From contig NIVC01001049.1 of NCBI GenBank assembly GCA_002269645.1, forward strand, positions 309,836 to 373,835: a stretch of DNA of 64,000 nt, written 5' to 3'. Source of the DNA: Macrostomum lignano (Eukaryota). Below, in pieces: positions 22,909 through 35,331 of the stretch. The notes below the pieces were generated by a model. The model was not told the DNA's origin. It saw nothing but the letters and a program-made list of their open reading frames with translations, and made no database searches. Every line of letters begins with the position of its first letter. The first letter of the stretch is position 1. A program made the translations under genes and the position numbers.

Positions 22909-23734
22909 TTTCCAATTTTACACAATAAATAGGTCCTCTAATTTTTATGTTAAGATCTATTAACACAAGTTGGGATTAGACTAATAGGTCTGGCCTAGAA
23001 ATATATCAAGATACCAACACAAATACAATAGTCCAAATAGTTTACTATCTATAAACAAACATTTACATTATCTTGGCAGATTCTTATAACTAACACAATA
23101 GTCAAAACACGGTCACAAGAATGCAAATATAGATTTTGTACAAGATAACACGTTTCGCTTCTGTTTCGATTTTATTGATACTAATTAGGCCTAATTAACT
23201 AACTTTAACTCGTTGACATTAGTGCAGCACAAAGTTTTTCACTCAGGAATTAACGAAATCAAATTGTTCAATAGCTAAAACAAAATTTAAACTTTGTGAA
23301 ATGCATAGTAAATTAAGATAAGCCAAAAACATATTGTCTGTTTAGTTGGTATTAAATTTATACATTATTGTTTTATTGAAAAAGTACTAAAAAGACTGTA
23401 AGGTTTACAGTAAAGAGCTACTGATTGGGCTAATGTAACGTTTAGATACGGAATTTGTTTTTTAAGACTTGATAGCTCTATGAAAATTATTATAAATTAA
23501 TATCGCTAAAATTATCGTTTTGTACAAATATTTTGTGATCAAAATATACAGTTCGTATTAACCAAAAAGCTCTTTAAATATTGCCTGAGGCACTTAGAAT
23601 GCGTCGGCTCGCGTACTTCGTTCTCCGCCAACGACTACTAATAATGATTAGGAGTATAAACTTAGGGGTATGAAGTGCCAGCCTAGTTGTTAACACGCTG
23701 AAGACAATTACGTGTTGACCATCTCGGCCGATAG

Positions 23735-24352
23735 CCCAGCGGAGATGACATGCCGGGCAGACGACCAAGCCCGCGCGCTGCCAGCGGTTCACCTACCGAA
23801 TGTTGGTGCGAACGCTTGGGACGACATCTGGTGGCGCAGAGGACTCGCTTGGGTGGCCTACCAGTCGATCCGCGTCGTCCTTCAGTCCAAAGCGCTGCCG
23901 ATCGCCAGAGGGCTCGGCTGTGGCAAAAAGCGCGGTGATCGAAACCGTCTTGCTCTACAACGCCGAGACGTGGATGCTACGGCCATGCTTGACTTTGCGC
24001 ACTCGGGACTACGTCGGGTCCGAGGCTGTACGAGAGAGCCAACGCCCCATCTACCATCCTGCGCCGGCGGCGACTCCAGCTGGCAGGCCACGTGATCCTG
24101 GCTGAGAGCTACTGCCCTTCAGCCTGTCCAGGACGTCCTGCTGCTCACTTTGCTGGGACCGTTCAGGCGGGGTCAAGCGAGGACTCGGAGATACGTAGGC
24201 TGCATCCTGAGCGACGCTGGGGTGCCCGACACCGTCAATTGGCCGGAGTTTCTTCGCTGCCGGCGCTTCGGTGTGCCATCTAGACTGGTGCACCTTCTCC
24301 ACTGACTTACAGGGGACTAGCTGCGTATACGAGCGTATTGTTGTTGTTTTTG
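23735..24352 (+). mobile_element. 5'-truncated, decayed non-LTR retrotransposon (RTE-like)
   Basis: Frameshifted post-RT motifs RRGLAWVAYQSIR and AVIETVLLYNAETWML; ends in a TTG-repeat tail. Confidence 0.65.
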
Positions 24353-25374
24353 TTATAAACTACGAGTATATTTTACGGATTTTTCGGGTTAGGAAAACCT
24401 GAATTTTAAACTTTTTACTTAGAATTTTTGTAACTGTATTAACTACACAACCTAGAAAAGACAAAAATGAAGGCAATACGCTCGTAAGCTGACCCGAGTC
24501 AATTCATTCCTGGTACGTGTCATTGGTTTGGTTTTAGTGTAAAAAAGAAATGGCCTTGCAATAAAATCTAGCAATCTAGTTGCAAAAGTTAAATGAGTAT
24601 GGAATGGCAAGTTTTTGCACATCAACTGCGTGTACTTTTTGCCAATGCCCGTGCATGTTGCAACGTTAGTGCATTTATTACTAGTACATTAATTGCTTTG
24701 GAGCGCATCGTTTCAATAACTGATGCCGTGAAATAAAAATCTGTAAAAATTATTGTTTTAATGATGACAAACTGAAAAGTAGAAAAGCGAGGAGAACGAC
24801 TGAAGTTTTTAAAAATACAAAGGAAATACCGTGGAAAATTTTGTGAAGAAAAACAGCACCCGGAAGAGGTTGAAAGACCTATGCGCTACTAGGCACATTA
24901 TATGCATTCTACTCATCCTTGGGAAGAGAGATGTTGATATTAACCCAAGGACATAGAGCATTAATCGTATAGAACATTTCACAGGCAACTGATTCAAATT
25001 GGAGAAAAACAATGAGGCCGACTCAAGAACGGAGCAGAAATCAGGAGAGAGTGTACCTAAAAAATACCCGAGATGACAGAAAAACAATATTTTGTCGCCA
25101 AAAGGGTCCACAAAAGAAAATACACGCCTAGAAGTAGAACAGAAAATCAATTTTCACTGATTAAAGAAGCTCATTGGCGGCTGTTGGAAGCTTAAAAGCC
25201 GGAAGTGCCGACCCGATCAGACAACCTGCACAAAGGTACGCAGATATTGTCCTTGACTTAATAAAACTAATGGCTTCAATAAGTATAATTTCCTTAAAGC
25301 CAACGCATAAAAGCCTGAATTGCAGCTCGAACCGCGGGCCCACAATCATTACATCTTGAATTCATGCAGCAGGA

Positions 25375-27312
25375 ATGACAAAGGCCCGGTCAGTCCAGTA
25401 CACAATGTCAGTCGCTGGGCGTGATGGAATCCCCTGCTACTCAACCTTCCTGACCGGAGCCAGTCACGCCAAGTTTCTTTGGGCTTTGCTGAAGGACAGA
25501 GTAGACTGGATTGAATCCCTGCGGCAGCACCTTGGCAGGAAGAAGTGGAAGCAGTTTATCAGGTGCACAGACCACCGGGATCAGACACTTGTCTGCCGAG
25601 CCGACCAGGCCCTCGACTCTTTCCGAACGAACCTGGACGGGGTGTCGTATCATCTGCAGCCTACCAACCCCTTCTTCTTGGCTATCAACTACGGAGCGAA
25701 GAAGATCAGCTTGCTCCTGAGAGAGTCGCTGGCCGCCGATTCTTGCTCCATCAGCGAGAGGGGTCTGAACGCCTATCATTACCTGCTACTGGGAATGCAC
25801 TTTCAGACAATCAAGGCTGGTTTCGATGACATTGCAGAAGACAACGGCTTCTACAGCTTTTTTCTCACTGAACTGTTCAACAGTGAGGAGATTAGAAAGC
25901 TCAAGATGTACCCGGAACAAGGCCTGTCTGCATATGAACTGATGGTCTTTCTAGACCGGCCCGACTCTGTTGACGAGGTGACGAACCATAAATTTGCTGC
26001 CGATTTTGCCGCGTCGCAGCTGGTGCGCAGCTACCAACAGCGCACATTTGACTTGACAGTTTATCACACAAACTGCTGGGAGAAAGAATCTCGATTCTTT
26101 GTGTCGCCACTGCTCATTCTGTTTGATAAATTCAATACCGAGCGTGAGGACCTGCTGAGACTGCGGCAGCTGGGTGTGTTCCGACGTAGATCCTTTCTGG
26201 ACACCTGGCTTCAGCTGGTGTGGAACAAAACCTTTTGGTTCTGCTACGCAGGTCTGCTTATTAGGCTGCTGCTGGCTCTGCTGCTGCTGGCCTTTGACAC
26301 CAACGGACCCATACACAGTCTCAGGCTAATTTGCCAGTTGATGCGTGATGGAGAAGTGAAAATTGAACAGGTGCCATATGACACAGGAACATTCACACCT
26401 GCCATCATCTGTCTGGTGTTAAACGAGCTCTACGATTGCTTTGATATGAGCATATCTCTCACCTTTATCCGTGCGCGCGAGACCTTTTTAAACAAAATCG
26501 GCTACCCAAAGGATCCCAGAAAAGGATATAGAGAGATGCTGCGAGCCAGCGCCGCCATCGGGTTGTGCCTGGCCTTCCAAGGTGCGCTGATTGCAATTTA
26601 CAGCTTGCCTGAGTTCTTAGCCAGAATATTTCCAAGCTACCTGTCAATCATTACCGCAATGCTCACCGGCTTGCTGCTCCTCGTCAAGTTCTACTTGATT
26701 GTCGCGCACCTGCGCGTTGTTGGCCCGTTCCAAACATTCATGATCGGCATGACAGTCTGCTTCAACAACTTCATAGTCTTCGTGTCCGTGTACCTCGCTC
26801 TGATTGGCTTGTTCAGCCAGATCCTGTCCTCTGGCGTGCAGTCGGCGATGTCAGGCAATGACACGAGTCTAGCGCGCTCCGACCTGGGCCTGACCGGCAG
26901 AATCAGCCAGTACCTGCTGCCCGCCAGCTACTTCACATTCCTGCTGACGCTGAATATTGTCCCGGACATTGAATCCTTCGTGCCGCAGGCGGAGACTCTC
27001 CCGCTTGTCTTCTTTCACTTTGTGCTGATCCTGATGGTGCCGATTTTCTTTATTAATTTCATCATCGGCCTCCTGTCGATGCATCTGTCCAGCGTCAAGG
27101 AATTCTTCGATGAGCACCGCGCTATGCTTCTCATCGAGTTCGGCTGCCAGGTGGAGTTCGTGAAGTTTGCGCTGGGCAGGATCGCGCCCTGCTGCAAGAG
27201 CAAGACGAAGCCTTTCTACTTGTTGTCTTGCGGCTCCGTGAATGAGAGGAGCCCAGTATTCTCCATCGCTGGCATCCAAGACCTGAGCGAGCCGCAATGG
27301 GACACCGACTAG
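25375..27312 (+). CDS. Divergent TRPV-like (TRPV5/6-type architecture) cation channel, single 645-aa ORF
   Basis: Ankyrin-like GLNAYHYLL and GLSAYELMV segments, then TFDLTVY, six hydrophobic segments, the S4-S5 linker VGPFQTFMIGM, pore helix ASYFTFLLTLNIVPD and S6 FINFIIGLLSMH. These align by eye with TRPV motifs. Confidence 0.72.
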   Translation: MTKARSVQYTMSVAGRDGIPCYSTFLTGASHAKFLWALLKDRVDWIESLRQHLGRKKWKQFIRCTDHRDQTLVCRADQALDSFRTNLDGVSYHLQPTNPFFLAINYGAKKISLLLRESLAADSCSISERGLNAYHYLLLGMHFQTIKAGFDDIAEDNGFYSFFLTELFNSEEIRKLKMYPEQGLSAYELMVFLDRPDSVDEVTNHKFAADFAASQLVRSYQQRTFDLTVYHTNCWEKESRFFVSPLLILFDKFNTEREDLLRLRQLGVFRRRSFLDTWLQLVWNKTFWFCYAGLLIRLLLALLLLAFDTNGPIHSLRLICQLMRDGEVKIEQVPYDTGTFTPAIICLVLNELYDCFDMSISLTFIRARETFLNKIGYPKDPRKGYREMLRASAAIGLCLAFQGALIAIYSLPEFLARIFPSYLSIITAMLTGLLLLVKFYLIVAHLRVVGPFQTFMIGMTVCFNNFIVFVSVYLALIGLFSQILSSGVQSAMSGNDTSLARSDLGLTGRISQYLLPASYFTFLLTLNIVPDIESFVPQAETLPLVFFHFVLILMVPIFFINFIIGLLSMHLSSVKEFFDEHRAMLLIEFGCQVEFVKFALGRIAPCCKSKTKPFYLLSCGSVNERSPVFSIAGIQDLSEPQWDTD

Positions 27313-28084
27313 GACTCCGGGCGGCTTTCCGGACCACAAGACCGCTTTCAACGAGTGCAGAACATTCGTCGTGTGGGCACCAACCGCAAATATGAATGCA
27401 CTTTGACCTTTTTGCATCCTTTGGATTGGATTTTTTTCTACTTTATTAAATGCTTATAGATAGATAGACAGAGGTTCTCAGCACTTGAACTCAACATCCT
27501 GCACCTTTTTGTTCGCCGTAGTTGCGAGATGCGTTGCCAGGGAGGTACGCAGGCCATGCCAACCCCCCCGCCCCGTGAGAGAAGTTCATGCAAGCATAAA
27601 ATGTTTGTACCACTTCACATCTAGCATTAGATTGCGCACCTATTATACGCGTAAAGCATAGAGTAGAGTTTTATTTTCCCGGATAATTTATTGCTGTGAC
27701 TGCTTTTTCTGTTCTTGTCCGGCCATTCAGTATCCTGCCACTAATTTGTCAGCACCATGAGCGCCACGCCCAGAAATATTGGGACAGAAATTTCTGTAAT
27801 ATCTTACTGTTTCACTCATCGCTAGAACCACTCATTAGCAGGATTGCGCCTTGAGTCTTTTTGGCTACTTAGACGAATGAGTGCTGATTTTCCAAAGCTT
27901 CAAGCATGCGGGCACAGCCCGGCACCCATTGCGAATCCCGAAGGACAAATAAACACTCTGGCACCTCTCTAATGAAAGTCTTTGAGCTCAAAGACGCGTC
28001 TCAGCTTCAATTTCCAAATTGAAGCAGACAAAGAGCGAAACAGAAATGAGCAAGGCTCAAAATTCAATTAACCTGAGTGAGCTT

Positions 28085-28132
28085 GCAGACAGACACTGGG
28101 ACACACAGACAGACAGAGGCAGACAGACAGGC

Positions 28133-28185
<53 letters not shown>

Positions 28186-28209
28186 GGCAGACAGACAGAC
28201 AGACACAGG

Positions 28210-28243
<34 letters not shown>

Positions 28244-28257
28244 CAGGTAGACACAGG

Positions 28258-28307
<50 letters not shown>

Positions 28308-28346
28308 CAGGTAGACACAGGTAGACAGACAGACAGACATACAGAC
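28085..28346. repeat. (CAGA)n microsatellite
   Basis: Simple repeat. Confidence 0.97.
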
Positions 28347-29529
28347 ACTTGGGGGGCAGACTTAGTTAGCAGTTTGGGCCATCATCTTGTGTCTTATTGT
28401 AAAAACTCAGTATTCAAAATGTAGACAGTATTTCAGCCTCACTGGCGAGCTCATAGTCTATGGCATGTTGAAAAAAAGCCTCTAAGGCTGAGGAGGTTTG
28501 TGCCATAAACTAAAATCGATGGCCCAGCCTTCTTCAGATTAGGCGTACAGGCCTAGCGCTGCCAAGAGTCACCCTAGGGAGAAATTTCAACCCTCCACTG
28601 CAAAAAATCGGCTACTGTGTCAAAGAGCGGCTAGTGGGCCAGCAACAACTTTTGCGAAAGAACTGCTGCTGCTGACGGTGAGTTTCTTGCTTTCATTCTT
28701 GAAATTGGTTTTGTGTTATACAAGTTGTGGTGGTTCTATGAAGTTTGCTACCGAGAAACTAGCTAGCCGAACTTTGCTAGCGAAGATTTTGCTAGCTGTT
28801 GCATGCCGCTTTCGTTACCAAGTCGAAGATCAGATCGTTTAATGTCAGTAGCCGGCCCTCACACACTGCCTCTCTTTTTTCTTTCCTTTATATTTCTTTT
28901 GTATAGCTTTTTGCAGTCAGTTTGAGCTTAGGAGCAGCTGACTTAATCCAGAGTGGAAGAACGCTACACTCGAGACAAATGCTGCTGCCCCTAGTCAATG
29001 ACCCAAAAGTTTGACTGGTGAGCAAAGGCTTAATCTTTGGAGCATAAACTTAGTCCTCTAATGACTGCTGAAGGCTTAGCATCGCTCTCTAACCTACAAG
29101 TCAGCAATAATGTGAGCTTGGAATATGAAAATAGCGACACTACGCTCGTAACTAAGAAACGACCCCAGACGAGCAGGGCGACGGCCTGCAACCAAGAGCA
29201 TGGACAAAAATCAGTGATGAGATGCACAATCTTAGTCATCAAAGCCTTGGACAGAGGTGAGCGACCGGCCAATACAGTGCACCACAATTTCCTTTTCGAG
29301 ACGACGACGACTGCCAGATTTCAGGAGATGAAACCACGCCATCAGGCGACAAAAGGTTTGATGATGATGATTATGATGATGCCGAGGAGCTGATTCAGGC
29401 AGAATAAAATCCAGATGCAAAAACGGAAAATGGACCAAGTTTATGCTCCAATGAAAAAGTCTTTGCTCACCAGTCAAACTCCAGGGCCATAAGCTAGTTG
29501 TCTCAAGTGTTAGCGTTCTGTCACTGTGG

Positions 29530-32500
29530 CAAGGACAACTTGATAACTCAGGACCGGAAACGAGCCAATTCATGGCGAAAAAAGTATGAGGCTCGTTTAA
29601 AAGCATTGTTCTATGGCCCATCCGTATGCGCATGCTTTCAGTTGCCAATGTATACGCGTATCATATTTGACTTTTTGATACGAGCGTAGGCAGTCAGAAG
29701 GCGGGTGCAGGGTCGGTTTTCTTAAATGTTGAATAGTTTTATTACATAAAGTAACCTTCGTGAAAATACACAATGGGAAAGCTGTACATGCAGCACATGT
29801 ATAAGGAAACTCGAGAAAAATTTACGATTCTTTCTTCATCTGAACTACAAACAGAGAGGAAAATAACAGTCACAGAACGGGACAAGAGCTGACCATGATA
29901 AATAGTGAAGTGTTTGCTCCAGGTTCGCTCACTGTCCACTCAGCTTCAGTATTTTTCTATCGTGCACTTTATCCGGTGAAGGAGCGCTCTTTGCTCCTCG
30001 TTGAACATAACCCTTGAAGAAACAGTTGGTGAGGCGCACGCAGCATCCCAGAACATCTGCTTCAGGGAAGTAAAACTCGCCAACGGCAGCAAACAATTTG
30101 CGCACTCGCAAAGCACATGACGGTGATTGCAGCGAAATGAAGCATCCGAAACAAAGGCAAGCAAAATTGAACAGCCACTTTGGCGGGTGCTTCAACTTTC
30201 CCCGGGAAATCATTTCAGTGAATTCACCGAGCGGGCGGGGTGTTTAAATTTTCGGCAGGATCATCACCGGCAATTTTCTCCTTAAACGTTATGTAGCCTG
30301 AAATGTTATTATTATGCCTCAGTTGTCCTTCGCCTCAGCAATCGTTATTTCCATCCAAGTTCAAGTAACACAAATGCATGCCTTACCTGCAATATAATAA
30401 ACAGATGCCTTTTCGGCCATTGATAGGCTCTCAGCTTTGACGTAGCAGTCATCGAGCGTCGAAAGTTCTTCGTCTGAAAGGGGCGTGTCGCAGCAAAGTC
30501 CTTTGTTGTGCACGAATCCATCCAGCTCTAACACTGTGTAGAGTTTCATTCGTCGGAGTCGAGCGCTGAGAAGAACTTGCTCTACTGAGATAAAGTAATT
30601 GCCTCCGCTCATTTGGCGATAAACACCAAATTCTGCTTCCAGAGGATCACTTTGCAACTCCGCTATGAGAATGTAAGTTGCACCAGATTCGCAGAGCAGT
30701 CGTTCGCATAGTTCTATGATTGCATGAATAGTGTAAGCTAATGACCTCTTCGTCTCTGACGTCAGAGATTGGTGTCTTGTTCTTCCCTTTCCACTGCGCA
30801 TCTCCTCAATCGATTCGCAAAGCGCGCGCAGGAACTTGATGTTTGGATCTTGAACTGAATAGACAGCCCGTCTGTCTGGGTCATTAAGTCTAACATGAAG
30901 ATGCGGGTTCTTGCAGTTCACAATTTTCCAGAATTTTGAAATAACGTCAATGAATGCAGCTGTTCCATTCTTCCCGTCGCATTTTAGGGCGGCAGCAACA
31001 TTGTCGCAGAAAACTTGAAGAGCTAAATTGACTTTAGTCTTTTGGACATTTGTTGGGAAACACGCTTCGTATGTAATGCCTGTACGCTTAACAATGTGAT
31101 TTGCTTCAGATTTATACAGTTCTACAATGTCTGACCACTTAGCCGTGACGACTGTTGTATACTTGGGCAAACGAATGGTTAGCATTCCATCAGACTCAGA
31201 CTGCCAATAGTTCCGAATTGACTTTAAAAGGTGTACAACATCATGGAGCAAAAAGAAAGTAGACTCCTGTGATTCAGATTTGCCGATCCAAGGTTTTGTC
31301 TGTTGAGCAGCAAACATCGAGAAGCACTTTCTTTTTGTGGGATGGTTGTCACACACAAGCGCTACAACGAGGCCTCCATGTTGATTGACGAGTTGAATGC
31401 ACTTTCGAAGCTGATGGTACAAAAAGTCGGCGGAAAGAAGAAAAATCGGTATCAGCCTTAGAACAAATGGCTTACCGCCTAACAATGGCTTCAACATTAT
31501 TGCGAGCACTGTTCGAGCAGTTTTGTTATGATTGTCTGACGCTTGGCCGAGCAGATGTTGGCACCGATAGCGAATCGATGGCTGGACATACATTTCATCG
31601 AAAATCAACACACAAGACTTCTGCTGCGGTTTCAGTTTGGCAAATGTGACCTTTACGATCTCGTGTGCATCATTTTCAGTGCCAATCTCTCCTAGACCAG
31701 CCAACTGAGTGCGTAATGTGCGTTGGTGGGGCAAAGGAAGGAGCGTCTGTGCATGCGCGTATGCAGAACTGCTAATCAGGTAAAGCAAAGCAGATTGGCG
31801 CATAGTGGCAATGTCGTATCGTCGATTGTTTGGGTGCGTTGTGGCGAACTCGAGTAGCTTCAGGATGAATGTAACTGATGTGTCCGGTACAACTCCATCG
31901 TGGTTAAAGGCAATAGAAAGGTTCTTAGATAATGCCCTCACCTCACTTTCGACGTCCACTGTAGAGTTTTTACAACGATTTATGATAGCTTCAAGTTGCG
32001 ACCAATACTTTAATGTAGGTTGAAATCCAAGCAGATCTCGAACCGCAACTGGTGAGTGTAACCGAAAGCATCGCATGGAATGGTTTGGTGAAACGAAAAC
32101 TCGCAGAACCATTTCGGCATTGGCGCTTAACGAGAAGATAAACACCTCCTCTTGAACAATTGTAACAATAAGCTGATGTGCTTTGATGACGTCTGAACAG
32201 TGAATGGATGCTCGGAATTCAGTCCACGATGGCAGCGTGTCCCGCTCTCGAAATTCTACTAGTTCATCTTGGAAAAGGCATCGTTCGGACAGCAGCACGC
32301 CCCTTTCCTCAGCCTGTCGACTAGCACGCACTGCAATATCCAAGCACGCACCTTAGTGTTTCGTTTCGACCCTATTTGATGGAGTGCAAATATTTGAGCA
32401 GTAGAACTTCACAAACCTTGTGTTTGAACGAGGCAGGACTGCGGGACTCCGTCGAAAACTGATGGTGGATGTAGCGGCCTTTCATTTCTTCCCTTTTTTA

Positions 32501-32970
32501 TCATTGGTGCATCTTGAGGCCAGTGCTTAGCACACACGCCCATGTAGTCTGTCACGGTCTAAACAACAACAAAATTGCTAATGAATTCATGTGGCCAGGC
32601 TAAATCTGATTCACAAAGCACATTTGAAGAAATTCTTACCGTCAGTTGATTAGGCAGAGACAGTCGCCAAGCCTCTCGTTCAGTTTCATCTTTAGGAAAC
32701 GAAAATACTGCAACATTCCGATCACGGTTACTATTGTAGTTTGCACAACAAAAAATGACGCTGCATTTTCTCGGCATGATATTTAGTTTCAGCAAGAATA
32801 AAAGTTCTCTCTCTCAATTGCAAGTGCATGCGAAGAACTCAATTTTAAGCTCAGATTTCTTCGCTTTCGTAGCTTTGGATGGGCCATAGAACAATGCTTT
32901 TAAACGAGCCTCATACTTTTTTCGCCATGAATTGGCTCGTTTCCGGTCCTGAGTTATCAAGTTGTCCTTG
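29530..32970 (-). mobile_element. P-element superfamily DNA transposon (3441 bp)
   Basis: Identical 94-bp TIRs (29530-29623, 32877-32970) start CAAGG. The 8-bp TSD CACTGTGG is perfect (29522-29529, 32971-32978), and the element encodes a THAP transposase. Confidence 0.97.
29929..32777 (-). CDS. THAP-domain P-element transposase, spliced (32640-32777; 32417-32558; short uncertain splicing ~32310-32416; main exon to 30387; last exon 29929-30297 with one frameshift near 30235)
   Basis: THAP C2CH (MPRKCSVIFC...CAKHW...PPSVF). Catalytic-region motifs LIFDEM, LVCDN, HDVVHLLKSIRN and QSDPLEAEFG are intact. Confidence 0.88.
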
Positions 32971-33318
32971 CACTGTGGATTAATTCAACTGCCCCTAAGC
33001 TCAAGCTAAGAGAAGAAAGCTATATTATCTTGAGCGCAAGGGGTATAGCAGTGTCGATGGCAACTGAAAGTAAACCTATTATAGAGATAGCTCGTATACA
33101 TATTCTACACCAGCCCAGTTTGCAAAACATTTTGTACCCTAGACTAGACAGTATACCAAAGTTAACAATTTAACATTGACACTGTTTTGCGCTACTTCTC
33201 ATGAAACACTCGAAAAATCGCTCCGTTCCTGGAAAAAGAACCGATGGGTGAAACGTCTTGCGTGAACGCAGCTGTCTATGGTATGATCCACGAGCTAAAT
33301 TTAGCCTAGCCACCACTA

Positions 33319-35331
33319 CACCATTTTACCCTCGATTTTGAACAAGGAGAACTTCGAAACTGACAAACTCCTCTTCAATATTGACACTCTATGGTCGGGC
33401 ACTCAAAATCTACAATCAATATTGACAGATCAAGCTTCAATTTTGACAAACTCTGGTTCAATTTTGACAATGCACGTTTAGTCAACTTCTCCTGGGAGAA
33501 TTCGGTAACAAAGTAATCCAATGAAAGCCTGAACGGGGCTGAAGTGAGCTGTGCAAAATCAGCTTATTCTGACTTTGCTTTTTGGATCTACAAGTATTGA
33601 TAAAATTTATTTTTCTCCATCCTTTAGACACACAGACTAAAATAGCCTGACTGGTTGGGCTGCAAAGTCTGATTCTATTTTGACAGAGTTGCTTCAAAAC
33701 TGACACTCCATGGTTTGTGTACCCAAAAAGTCCGCTTCATTTTTGACAACTCCGAATCAATATTGAACAGTTAACAATCAATTTTGACTAAGACATTTTT
33801 TGAAATAGATTTTGACAAGTTTTACTAAGATTTCTCTCTTGAGGGGGGTACTTGCTATTTGGGAGAAGGGGTACTGGCTGCATGTATCTACGAGTACATG
33901 TATGGGAATATTTTTATCCAGGGATGCTTGCTATCTGGGTGGATGTTTGCTACCTGGATGATGCTTGCTATCTGCAAGATGCTTGCTATCTGGGGGATGC
34001 TTGCTATCTGGGGGATGCTTGCTATCTGGGTGGATGTTTGCTACCTGGATGATGCTTGCTATCTGGGGGATGCTTGCTATCTGGGTGGATGTTTGCTACC
34101 TGGATGATGCTTGCTATCTGGGTGGATGTTTGCTATCTGGGTGGATGCTTGCTATCTGGGTGGATGCTTGCTATCTGGGTGGATGTTTGCTATCTGGGTG
34201 GATGTTTGCTATCTGGGGGATGCTTGCTATCTGAGTGGATGCTTGCTATCTGGGTGGATGTTTGCTATCTGGGTGGATGCTTGCTATCTGGGTGGATGTT
34301 TGCTACCTGGATGATGCTTGCTATCTGGGGGATGTTTGCTACCTGGATGATGCTTGCTATCTGGGGGATGCTTGCTATCTGGGTGGATGTTTGCTACCTG
34401 GATGATGCTTGCTATCTGGGTGGATGTTTGCTATCTGGGTGGATGCTTGCTATCTGGGTGGATGCTTGCTATCTGGGTGGATGTTTGCTATCTGGGTGGA
34501 TGTTTGCTATCTGGGTGGATGTTTGCTATCTGGGTGGATGCTTGCTATCTGGGTGGATGTTTGCTATCTGGGTGAATGTTTGCTATCTGGGTGGATGCTT
34601 GCTATCTGGGTGGATGCTTCTATCTGAGGGATGCTTGCTATCTGGGTGGATGCTTGCTGTCTTGGGATGTTAAATGACCGGCATTTTGCTAGAGTCTCTG
34701 AGAGAGCAGGGACTCTAGCAAGCATCCCTAAATAGAAATATTCCCATACATGTACTCGTAGATACATGCAGCCAGTACCCCTTCTCCCAAATAGCAAGTA
34801 CCCCCCCTCAAGAGAGAAATCTTAGTAAAACTTGTCAAAATCTATTTCAAAAAATGTCTTAGTCAAAATTGATTGTTAACTGTTCAATATTGATTCGGAG
34901 TTGTCAAAAATGAAGCGGACTTTTTGGGTACACAAACCATGGAGTGTCAGTTTTGAAGCAACTCTGTCAAAATAGAATCAGACTTTGCAGCCCAACCAGT
35001 CAGGCTATTTTAGTCTGTGTGTCTAAAGGATGGAGAAAAATAAATTTTATCAATACTTGTAGATCCAAAAAGCAAAGTCAGAATAAGCTGATTTTGCACA
35101 GCTCACTTCAGCCCCGTTCAGGCTTTCATTGGATTACTTTGTTACCGAATTCTCCCAGGAGAAGTTGACTAAACGTGCATTGTCAAAATTGAACCAGAGT
35201 TTGTCAAAATTGAAGCTTGATCTGTCAATATTGATTGTAGATTTTGAGTGCCCGACCATAGAGTGTCAATATTGAAGAGGAGTTTGTCAGTTTCGAAGTT
35301 CTCCTTGTTCAAAATCGAGGGTAAAATGGTG
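33319..35331. mobile_element. Foldback-type element: ~610-bp near-perfect inverted arms with a minisatellite spacer, flanked by TA
   Basis: The arms (33319-~33933 and ~34715-35331) are reverse complements starting CACCATTTTACCC. TA lies at 33317-33318 and 35332-35333. There is no coding capacity. Confidence 0.9.
33925..34660. repeat. 19-bp minisatellite (TGCTTGCTATCTGGGTGGA) filling the foldback spacer
   Basis: About 38 degenerate copies. Confidence 0.95.

Noticed and set aside
24809-25359. Short ORFs upstream of the TRP-like gene
   Set aside because: No recognisable motifs, and no frame connects to the TRP ORF.
28019-28348. ORFs over the (CAGA)n tract
   Set aside because: Simple-repeat artefacts.
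28740-28830. CGCTAG/GCTAGC motifs resembling the 28-bp satellite at 15115
   Set aside because: Similarity too short and degenerate to support a relationship.
32829-32847. TGCGAAGAACTCAATTT resembles part of a flatworm spliced-leader sequence as I recall it
   Set aside because: Short gapped match from memory, with no ATG/GT donor or Sm site following, and located inside the P element.
33852-34673. Trp/Cys-rich repeat ORFs
   Set aside because: Translations of the 19-bp foldback spacer minisatellite.
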